From a virus: 64,000 bases of DNA. Shown one piece after another: positions 25,370 to 32,706 of the stretch (positions are counted from its first letter, which is position 1; the number at the start of each line of letters is the position of its first letter). The stretch lies in IMG/VR virus record IMGVR_UViG_3300035703_000033, positions 1 through 64,000 of that record; one strand, 5' to 3'. The translations under genes were made by a program, and so were the position numbers. The notes beneath the pieces are model-generated. The model searched no databases. It was not told where the DNA came from and saw only the letters and a list, made by a program, of their open reading frames with translations.

Positions 25370-25665
25370 TTTATGACCTACCTTTCTTTAACTTTCTTTA
25401 TACTATAATCATATAACGGGGGTCTGACATTTTTCAAGTCGCAAAACGGACATTAGAGACATTTTAAAAAATAATTTAGAAAAATCATATGAGATACATC
25501 ACATTATGGGCGCACTATCGGACAAATCGGACATTTATAGATGTATGTATCATACAAATTAAAAATATATTAACATTTTTCAAAATCTGATTTTTTAGTT
25601 GATCGCAAAATCGCCAAATTCAAAAAAATATTTTTATTAACATTTTATAAATCTGAAAATAGTAG

Positions 25666-25695
25666 TTGACTAGAATATATGAACTATGTTATAAT
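25666..25695 (+). promoter_or_regulatory. sigmaA-type promoter
   Basis: TTGACT-N18-TATAAT with extended TG. Confidence 0.75.
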
Positions 25696-25701
25696 TTACT
25701 T

Positions 25702-25914
25702 AACAGCAATTCGACGGAAGAGCTGGAGTATGGCAGAAATTTCTCGTTGTCAACAAGGGGGAATTGCATAAGAGGCCTTAACAGGTAAAGATAGTAACTT
25801 AAACTCTTAGTAGAACTAAAGCGGATCTAATTGAGCTGTTGACTTGTTCTTGATGGTAAAAAGCAATCCATCTACTCACAATTAATCTCAAAGAGAAATC
25901 TTTGGGATTTTTTT
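25702..25914 (+). ncRNA. candidate structured ncRNA 1 (~210 nt)
   Basis: Own promoter and terminator, no ORF, closing stem AACAGCAATT/AATT(GA)GCTGTT and nested stems. Confidence 0.65.
25884..25914 (+). terminator. intrinsic terminator
   Basis: AATCTCAAAGA-GAAA-TCTTTGGGATT then T-run. Confidence 0.8.
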
Positions 25915-25961
25915 GTTTTTACCTATTGACTCTAGAATTTTTGTAATGTTATACTTTAGTT

Positions 25962-26081
25962 CGGTTTGTGGGGGCTTACACTGGGAACTCAGTTATACCA
26001 AGTGTCTGCTTCTCTATCTCGTCAAAGTTTTTAACTTTGGGGGGTAGGGGGGCTTTCCTAAAAATCATAGTTTCCCAAGTA
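25962..26081 (+). ncRNA. candidate structured ncRNA 2 (~120 nt)
   Basis: Promoter TTGACT-N18-TATACT (25926-25955); two G-U-rich hairpins and possible long-range pairing. Confidence 0.55.
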
Positions 26082-26106
26082 TCATATATATTATATAATA
26101 TGTTAT

Positions 26107-26835
26107 ATGAATAATAAATACAAAGATTTCTATTTTTTACATATCAGAAAAACTGGCGGTAGATATGTAAAACTATTTATCTTGAAAAATCTAAAAAACA
26201 GTATTAATGTCATAGACACTGGAGAAAAACACTCTGGTTGGATAGATAAGATAACTCCAGAAACATATGTATTTACAGTATTTAGAGATCCAGTAAAACA
26301 AATTTGCAGTTTGTATGCTCATGCAGTTTCTCAAAAAGCTAATCTGCTTGAAATTTCTAAAAATTCTGAAGATCACTTAGATAATTTAAATAAAAATATT
26401 AAAGATATACATTTAGACAAAAAGTATCTTTTTGCTTGGCTAGAAAGAAATAAATGGGTATATAACATTCAAAGCAAAGAAATATTGCGTGGCTCTACTG
26501 AAAGTAAAAATGTAATAGATCAAATTATACAAAAATATACTTTTAATAATAATATAGATAAAGATTTGTTATATACAAGATTAAGAAGAATAAATCTCTT
26601 AGTGAGACAGACTAGCTTATATGATCCAGAACCAATAGTCAAAAAAATATGTTCTGACTTAGGAATTGATTTTATTGGCGGGGTTGAAAAAGATCAATTG
26701 ACTTTCTATAATATGGCATCATCTAATCTATATAAAAGCTTAACTGAAGAAGAAAAAGCTGAGATAGAAAAGTTGTTTGACGTAGATTGTGAAGTATATA
26801 ATAATGATGATTTATTCTATAGAGTAGTCGACTAG
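26107..26835 (+). CDS. sulfotransferase-family protein
   Basis: FYFLHIRKTGG (5'-PSB-like), FTVFRDP...SLY (3'-PB-like), C-terminal D..VY. Confidence 0.85.
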   Translation: MNNKYKDFYFLHIRKTGGRYVKLFILKNLKNSINVIDTGEKHSGWIDKITPETYVFTVFRDPVKQICSLYAHAVSQKANLLEISKNSEDHLDNLNKNIKDIHLDKKYLFAWLERNKWVYNIQSKEILRGSTESKNVIDQIIQKYTFNNNIDKDLLYTRLRRINLLVRQTSLYDPEPIVKKICSDLGIDFIGGVEKDQLTFYNMASSNLYKSLTEEEKAEIEKLFDVDCEVYNNDDLFYRVVD

Positions 26836-26859
26836 AATATTAAATGATATACTAATACT

Positions 26860-26946
26860 ATGAAACTCATAATCGCAGTAGCTGTCATAGCTATCATGGT
26901 ACATATATGTGGAATACTATTCCAAATCTATGGGCCTATAGCTTAA
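26860..26946 (+). CDS. possible leaderless hydrophobic peptide (28 aa) overlapping tRNA 5' end
   Basis: ATG 6 nt after TGnTATACT; MKLIIAVAVIAIMVHICGILFQIYGPIA. Confidence 0.4.
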   Translation: MKLIIAVAVIAIMVHICGILFQIYGPIA

Positions 26947-27006
26947 TCTGGTGAAAGCAATTGTCTTATATACAATCGAGTTTCGGTTCAAATCCGAATA
27001 GGCCTA
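26932..27006 (+). tRNA. tRNA-Ile (TAT anticodon)
   Basis: GGGCCTA/TAGGCCT acceptor, ATTGT-CT-TAT-AT-ACAAT anticodon arm, GGTTCAAATCC T-arm; followed by CAA, CCA not encoded. Confidence 0.9.
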
Positions 27007-27055
27007 CAAATAAAACAGGGGGAATCAGAGACCTACTCTCTGGTCTAAATATCCC

Positions 27056-27319
27056 ATGCTAGAGAAAAGGCTTCTAATGGGGTTTCTAGACCTTAGTACC
27101 AATAAGTCCACATATGGAATGCCAAATGAGATTCTTCTAGTCCAAGAGGCCATCAAAGCCTTTATTGACTATATTGAATCTAAATTGTCAGAATGTGACC
27201 AAGTGGAGTATAATGAAGATAGAATATGTGACCTAACTTGGAAACATGATGATTGTAGAGTATTGATGGATATTCTATTTGATCTAACATTGGAAGAGAA
27301 ATATAGGAGTAAATGGTAA
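27056..27319 (+). CDS. hypothetical protein (start uncertain)
   Basis: ORF with C...CDLTWKHDDC. Confidence 0.55.
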   Translation: MLEKRLLMGFLDLSTNKSTYGMPNEILLVQEAIKAFIDYIESKLSECDQVEYNEDRICDLTWKHDDCRVLMDILFDLTLEEKYRSKW

Positions 27320-27415
27320 ATGGTCTCTTCTACTTCCGCCGCACTTTTTTCGCACTTTTTTGTTATAAATGCTACTATATAGTAGTTATAGATAATTTAT
27401 TGAGATAGAGGTATT

Positions 27416-28006
27416 ATGTTTTATAATGATGACAAAGTTACAGCTATAAGAGATGGTGTATGGTTGTATAGAAATTTTATTTCAAAAGAAGAATGTGATG
27501 CTATTGTTAGTAAAGTAGAACAGTTGACTGAAAAAGATTGGCAAGACGGTTGGACAAGGCATCAAGGCACTTTATTTTATACTAATAATCCAGAATCAGA
27601 AAAAGCAATAGCTGAATGGTGGAGCGATAAAGTAAGTCCTCCCATACTTATTCCAGAAGTTACAAAGGTTAACAAACAGCTAAAAGAATTATTTTCTCCA
27701 GACCTATTCTTTTTGCCAGAATATAAGGTTGTACGATTAAAGCCAGGACAAAATATGAAGTCACATAGAGATAATAGGTCAGAGAATGCAGCGGTAGAGG
27801 TTAAACAAGAATTTACAATTAACTGTGCTTATACGCTATACTTAAGTGAATTTTCTGGAGGAGAAATTAATTATCCAGAGCTTGACTATAAGCATATACC
27901 TAAACAGGGAGACCTTATAATACATTCTGGATTAGTCCTGCATGAAGTTTTTGATGTAATTGATGGATTAAGATATACAATAACAGGATGGCTTTTAAAT
28001 AAATAA
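27416..28006 (+). CDS. 2OG-Fe(II) oxygenase, prolyl-4-hydroxylase-like
   Basis: HRD...YLS.FSGGE..Y...P..GD...H.V...G.RY. Confidence 0.9.
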   Translation: MFYNDDKVTAIRDGVWLYRNFISKEECDAIVSKVEQLTEKDWQDGWTRHQGTLFYTNNPESEKAIAEWWSDKVSPPILIPEVTKVNKQLKELFSPDLFFLPEYKVVRLKPGQNMKSHRDNRSENAAVEVKQEFTINCAYTLYLSEFSGGEINYPELDYKHIPKQGDLIIHSGLVLHEVFDVIDGLRYTITGWLLNK

Positions 28007-28039
28007 GCCATACGTAAGGCGGATTACGTATGGCTTATT
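28002..28039. terminator. terminator-like hairpin between convergent genes
   Basis: AATAAGCCATACGTAA...TTACGTATGGCTTATT. Confidence 0.7.
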
Positions 28040-28091
28040 GCACATATAGTGCTACAGGGAGTAAAAACTCTACCTGCTGAATAATTATAAA

Positions 28092-28247
28092 TTATCTTTT
28101 AAACAAAGTCAATATCTTATATTTTATTTTAAAAAATTTTTGGTATATCTTCTCTTCTAGAATTCCGCCCTTTGTTTCTTCTCTGTAGTGGTCAGTCTGA
28201 AAGTAAGGACTGTGCATATGTTGAGAAAAGTGATTCCTTGGGCTCAT
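28092..28247 (-). CDS. small hypothetical protein (51 aa, not in track)
   Basis: MSPRNHFSQHMHSPYF. Confidence 0.5.
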   Translation of the reverse strand: MSPRNHFSQHMHSPYFQTDHYREETKGGILEEKIYQKFFKIKYKILTLFKR

Positions 28248-28255
28248 ATATAATA

Positions 28256-28455
28256 TTATACATCATCCCCAGACCTAAATGATGGTGATGGGCCAAGAAG
28301 ATACCCATCTTCGTGATACTTAGACATTTTTTCTGTTTCTTCTGGACCTACAAGATTGTTAGACAAAAGAAGAAGTACATCATAAATTCTATGTAGCATT
28401 ATGTAGTTAACCATTTCTAGATTATCTTCTAGAGGTTTTGGATCATTTTCCTGCA
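28256..28455 (-). CDS. hypothetical protein
   Basis: LEDNL.MVNYIMLHRIYD; start approximate. Confidence 0.65.
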
Positions 28456-28637
28456 TACTTTTCCAACTGATTTTCAATATCAACAATCATATCGCTTAGT
28501 GTTAGATTTGATTCTTGAAATGTTAAAGCGTATTTCTTAAACTCGTTTACAGCCTTCATAGCCATAGGTAATGCTGGCATATGCATACATGGTATGCCCA
28601 TGCCTACTGATTTTACAAGATCTTGATTATAAGACAT
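28443..28637 (-). CDS. hypothetical protein
   Basis: Overlapping operon gene. Confidence 0.6.
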   Translation of the reverse strand: MSYNQDLVKSVGMGIPCMHMPALPMAMKAVNEFKKYALTFQESNLTLSDMIVDIENQLEKYAGK

Positions 28638-28836
28638 TATCTACCAACTTTTTTAATTTATCATACAATAATAATCCAATATTATTTTTGTATTCACATG
28701 ATAAACAATATAAATATATTGTGTCGTCATGAGTTTGATTAACAGAAAGAGGGCCTTGATCTAAAGGACAATTAATCCTTTCAACAAGACCCTCTTCAGC
28801 TAAAGCTAAGTATTTTGATACATATTGTATCTTCAA
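28627..28836 (-). CDS. small Zn-ribbon protein
   Basis: CP.D...YCLSC. Confidence 0.65.
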   Translation of the reverse strand: MKIQYVSKYLALAEEGLVERINCPLDQGPLSVNQTHDDTIYLYCLSCEYKNNIGLLLYDKLKKLVDNVL

Positions 28837-28851
28837 TTACTTCTCCACCCT

Positions 28852-29433
28852 TTATTGATTAGGGAAGTCAGATAGCCATTTGCTAGCTGCCCCACTTCTC
28901 ATGGATGACCATGAGCTCCAGTCATTTCCGCCCTGGGTCATGTGGTACGTTATCTCTGCGTTAATTACAGGATCAAACAAAAGTACGTTTGATCTTAGTT
29001 CGAATTTCTCTTTACGATCAATGCCGAGATTTCCCAACATATTAATCTGAAAAATTCCATAGGAACTGTCTCCAGTTTTCCTGTTACCGTTGTAAGCCAT
29101 AGGCCTTCCATTGGACTCTGACTTAGCAACAGCCCAAGCCGTTTTAAGGGCTTTTCCTTCAAAGCCAACAGCCCAGAGTAATTCTTTTAACTCTTTGTCT
29201 GTAAGCATCTCAGAAGGCTTGTAAACAGCGTTGCTGTATCGTTCTAAGGTTTCTTTCTTCAGTTGTTTTTCATCTTTAGCAACTAGCATTTTCTCTCTAT
29301 GAGATTCGCCATTTGCTTCCAAAGCAAGAGATGTATCAGGCCCTGGCTGAACTCCAAATAAAAACAGTAATGCAACTGCTATTGATGTCCAGCTATGAGC
29401 AACATCGCTCAATCTTTGTTTTATTTTCTCCAT
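28852..29433 (-). CDS. lytic transglycosylase (SLT/lysozyme-like) with N-terminal membrane segment
   Basis: AVAKSESNG catalytic Glu, SYGIFQIN, LFDP..NA, W..W; AGGAGG RBS before ATG 29433. Confidence 0.85.
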   Translation of the reverse strand: MEKIKQRLSDVAHSWTSIAVALLFLFGVQPGPDTSLALEANGESHREKMLVAKDEKQLKKETLERYSNAVYKPSEMLTDKELKELLWAVGFEGKALKTAWAVAKSESNGRPMAYNGNRKTGDSSYGIFQINMLGNLGIDRKEKFELRSNVLLFDPVINAEITYHMTQGGNDWSSWSSMRSGAASKWLSDFPNQ

Positions 29434-29593
29434 AGGCATTTCCTCCTCTAGAGATAACGTTATATAATAATAACATTGATACTCTAAATATGTCAAGTTA
29501 GTCAACTAAAAAAAATATTTTAAAAGTCTTTTTTTTATAATTTTCTTTTGGTAGAATTGTGTTCTTATTAATTTAAAGGAGAGGCGGAATTAA

Positions 29594-31528
29594 ATGTCCA
29601 GTACAATCGAAAACCCATATGAAAATTTCATTGCTCTATCTAGATATGCTAGATGGATGCCAGAAGAAAATAGAAGAGAAACTTGGAAAGAAACTGTAGA
29701 TCGTTATTTTGATTTTATGCTAAATCATCTTAACGAAAATTATAATTATATTCCAGAAAATAGTTTAGTAGAAGAAATTAAAAATTCTGTATACAATAGA
29801 AATGTAATGCCATCAATGAGAGCAGTCATGACTGCAGGACCTGCTCTTGATAGAGACCATGTTGCAGGATATAACTGTTCATTTGTTCCAGTAGATTCTC
29901 CACGTTCATTTGATGAAACCATGTACATTCTTATGTGTGGAACTGGTGTTGGGTTCTCTGTAGAATATAAGTATGTTAATAAGCTTCCTGCTGTCCCAGA
30001 ATCATTTGAAAAGTCTACAACAGTAATTGTTGTTGAAGACTCAAAGACTGGTTGGGCAAAGGCTTATCGTGAACTTCTTGCAATGCTTTGGGCTGGACAA
30101 GTTCCTTCAGTTGATGTTTCTAAGTTACGTCCAGCTGGAGCAAGACTTAAGACAATGGGTGGGCGTTCTTCTGGACCACAGCCACTAATTAATCTTTTTG
30201 ATTTTACAATTGCAAAGTTTAAAGGCGCAGCTGGTCGTCAACTAAAGCCAATTGAAGCACATGATATTATGTGTAAGATTGGAGAGGTAGTTGTAGTTGG
30301 AGGAGTTCGTCGTTCCGCAATGATCTCTCTTTCTAATATCAATGATATTGAAATGGCAGCAGCAAAGTCTGGTAACTGGTGGGAGAATAATACCCAACGT
30401 GCATTATCAAATAACTCAGTAGCATATTCTCGCAAACCAGAAATGGAGCAGTTTATTGCGGAATGGAAAAACTTATATGACTCAAAATCAGGTGAGCGTG
30501 GCATATACAATGTTGCAGCAGCTCAAAAACAAGCAGCAAGATGGGGACGTAGAGATCCTGAAATTCATTATGGAACCAACCCATGCTCAGAAATTATCCT
30601 TAGACCTTATCAGTTCTGTAATTTATCCGAAGTGGTAATTCGTGAAGAAGATACAACTACAACTGTAGCAGAAAAGGTCAGACTAGCAACTATTCTAGGA
30701 ACATGGCAATCTACTTTAACAGATTTTAAATATTTGCGTAAAATCTGGAAAGATAATACAGAAGAAGAGCGTTTATTAGGTGTCTCGTTAACTGGTCAAT
30801 TTGGAAATAAATTCTTTTCTGGCAAAGAAGACCTATCAAAGCTTTCAGATGCATTGGAACGTCTTCGTGAATATGCTCGTGAAACAAATAAGCAAGAAGC
30901 TGAAAGAATTGGAATAAATGAATCAGCAGCAATTACATGTGTAAAGCCTTCAGGAACTGTTTCACAGCTTGTAGGAGTTTCTTCTGGAATGCATGCGTGG
31001 CATTCAGACTACTACATACGCACTGTTCGTGGAGATAAAAAGGATCCACTCTCTACATTCTTAAAAGAGGTTGGAATTCCAGTAGAAGATGATTTTATGA
31101 AGCCAAACGATACATATGTATTTTCATTCCCAGTAAAAGCTCCTAAAGGCGCAATCACTAGAAATCAATTAACAGCAATTGATCATTTAAATACATGGCT
31201 TGTTTATCAGAGGGCATGGTGTGAGCATAAGCCATCAATTACTGTTTCTGTAAAAGAAGATGAATGGATGGAAGTAGGGGCGTGGGTGTACAAGCATTTC
31301 GATGAAGTATCTGGAATTTCTTTTTTGCCACACTCAGACCACTCTTATAAGCAGGCGCCATATCAAGAGGTTACAGAAGAAGAGTACTTAGATCTATTGT
31401 CTAAGATGCCATCAAATATTCGTTGGGAAGATTTATCTTTCTACGAAACTGAAGACGGGACCAGTGGAACTCAAACACTGGCCTGTACTTCTGATGGAAA
31501 TTGTGAGATTGTGGATATTTCGGCATAG
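29594..31528 (+). CDS. nrdJ: class II (B12-dependent) ribonucleotide reductase
   Basis: PSMR, YNCSF, GGVRRSA, TNPCSEI, CNLSE, CVKPSGTVS, C-terminal C..(G)..C; no nrdB nearby. Confidence 0.93.
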   Translation: MSSTIENPYENFIALSRYARWMPEENRRETWKETVDRYFDFMLNHLNENYNYIPENSLVEEIKNSVYNRNVMPSMRAVMTAGPALDRDHVAGYNCSFVPVDSPRSFDETMYILMCGTGVGFSVEYKYVNKLPAVPESFEKSTTVIVVEDSKTGWAKAYRELLAMLWAGQVPSVDVSKLRPAGARLKTMGGRSSGPQPLINLFDFTIAKFKGAAGRQLKPIEAHDIMCKIGEVVVVGGVRRSAMISLSNINDIEMAAAKSGNWWENNTQRALSNNSVAYSRKPEMEQFIAEWKNLYDSKSGERGIYNVAAAQKQAARWGRRDPEIHYGTNPCSEIILRPYQFCNLSEVVIREEDTTTTVAEKVRLATILGTWQSTLTDFKYLRKIWKDNTEEERLLGVSLTGQFGNKFFSGKEDLSKLSDALERLREYARETNKQEAERIGINESAAITCVKPSGTVSQLVGVSSGMHAWHSDYYIRTVRGDKKDPLSTFLKEVGIPVEDDFMKPNDTYVFSFPVKAPKGAITRNQLTAIDHLNTWLVYQRAWCEHKPSITVSVKEDEWMEVGAWVYKHFDEVSGISFLPHSDHSYKQAPYQEVTEEEYLDLLSKMPSNIRWEDLSFYETEDGTSGTQTLACTSDGNCEIVDISA

Positions 31529-31594
31529 TAGTATAATATAATTTAGGGGAAACCCTAATTCCTGGGCAAAGTGCCCAGAAACAGGAGGATCTTA

Positions 31595-31822
31595 ATGAAT
31601 CAAGATCTAAATAACGATGGAAAGGTAACAATGCAAGAGAAAATTCTAGCAGCGTTAGCAAGCTATGGTCGTCACTTTTTAGGTGCCGCTATTGCTTTGT
31701 ACATGACTGGTAACACTGACCCAGGAGATTTAATTAAGGGTGGAATTGCAGCAGTATTGCCAGTAATTTTAAAGGCTCTTAATACAAATGAGCCAGCATT
31801 TGGGTTTACCAAGAAGCAGTAA
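31595..31822 (+). CDS. holin-like membrane protein
   Basis: AGGAGG RBS; two hydrophobic helices; LN..EPAFG tail. Confidence 0.7.
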   Translation: MNQDLNNDGKVTMQEKILAALASYGRHFLGAAIALYMTGNTDPGDLIKGGIAAVLPVILKALNTNEPAFGFTKKQ

Positions 31823-31895
31823 TTAGTTAGTCGATTAGGATAGCTCCTATGCTAAAATGAGCATAGGAGTTTTCCTATTTAGGAGATTTTTGCAA

Positions 31896-32246
31896 ATGGC
31901 AGTACAAAAGAATTTTGAAGTAGATCAAAATGCTACTTTTACCTTTGAGGTTGATTATACCGAAGAGGATGAAGTCACGCCTATCGATCTTACTGGAGCA
32001 TCCGCTAAAATGCAGGTGCGTGATACCAAGGGCGGAAGTAAATTAGCTTTTACTCTAACATCCCCTTCTGGTGGAATTACTATTGACGAGCCAAATGGAA
32101 AATTGACTATTAAGATCACTCCTACTCAAACCAATAAAATGTTTTATCCTAAATCAGCATATGACATAATGGTAGTAGACTCAAACGGCAATAAAATAAA
32201 ATTGCTTGAGGGTTTTATGACACTGAGTAGGAGTGTGACTATTTAA
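31896..32246 (+). CDS. virion structural protein, BppU-N-like baseplate/fibre adaptor
   Basis: VDQNATF...PIDLTGASAKMQVR...YDI...LLEG. Confidence 0.75.
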   Translation: MAVQKNFEVDQNATFTFEVDYTEEDEVTPIDLTGASAKMQVRDTKGGSKLAFTLTSPSGGITIDEPNGKLTIKITPTQTNKMFYPKSAYDIMVVDSNGNKIKLLEGFMTLSRSVTI

Positions 32247-32695
32247 TGGCAGATATAGTAAAAGTAATAGAGCAAAAAAATAAAGTAATTGTTTCTTCTC
32301 CAGGACCTCAAGGGCCAAGGGGTAAAACCATTCTTAGTGGAAATGGTTTACCTGCCTCAAATTTAGGTTTAGAAGGAGATTTTTATTACGATAAAGATTC
32401 TGCTGCATTTTATGGACCAAAGCTTTCAGACTTAAGTTGGTCAGATGCAACAGTAATTGAATTTGCTACAACAGAAAATGTATCTTATTCAACTTCGTGG
32501 GAGCTTTCTCAAGTTGTTGGCCCAATAAATGGTGAATACTCTATACAAATAACACATAACTTAGGATACAGTCCAAGCGTTACGATTAAGTCAAGCTCTG
32601 GAGATATTGTTGAAACTGGTATCAACTACGACTCACTTAATTCACTAACACTTGTAATGGCACAACCATTTTCTGGAACAGTATACCTATCATAA
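32246..32695 (+). CDS. virion structural protein
   Basis: GPQGPRG, G..GDFY.D, ITHNLGY.PSV, FSG..YLS. Confidence 0.75.
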   Translation: MADIVKVIEQKNKVIVSSPGPQGPRGKTILSGNGLPASNLGLEGDFYYDKDSAAFYGPKLSDLSWSDATVIEFATTENVSYSTSWELSQVVGPINGEYSIQITHNLGYSPSVTIKSSSGDIVETGINYDSLNSLTLVMAQPFSGTVYLS

Positions 32696-32706
32696 GGAGA
32701 TAAAAA

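Larger units (their letters stand above)
16211..25429 (-). promoter_or_regulatory. family of 13 promoters TGTCRG-N10-TANNNT
   Basis: 22-bp copies starting at 16211, 17581, 19332, 19491, 20768, 21777, 21990, 22614, 22922, 23735, 24185, 24979, 25408, each upstream of a - strand gene. Confidence 0.8.
17622..25503. promoter_or_regulatory. CRP/GlxR-type boxes TGTGA-N6-TCACA (7 copies)
   Basis: Perfect at 20828, 22971, 24256, 25029; one mismatch at 17622, 19540, 25488. Confidence 0.7.

Noticed and set aside
25702-25914. tmRNA, RNase P RNA or cobalamin riboswitch (given the class II RNR)
   Set aside because: No tRNA-like ends, RNase P P4 consensus or B12-box recognised, and it is not in the nrdJ leader.
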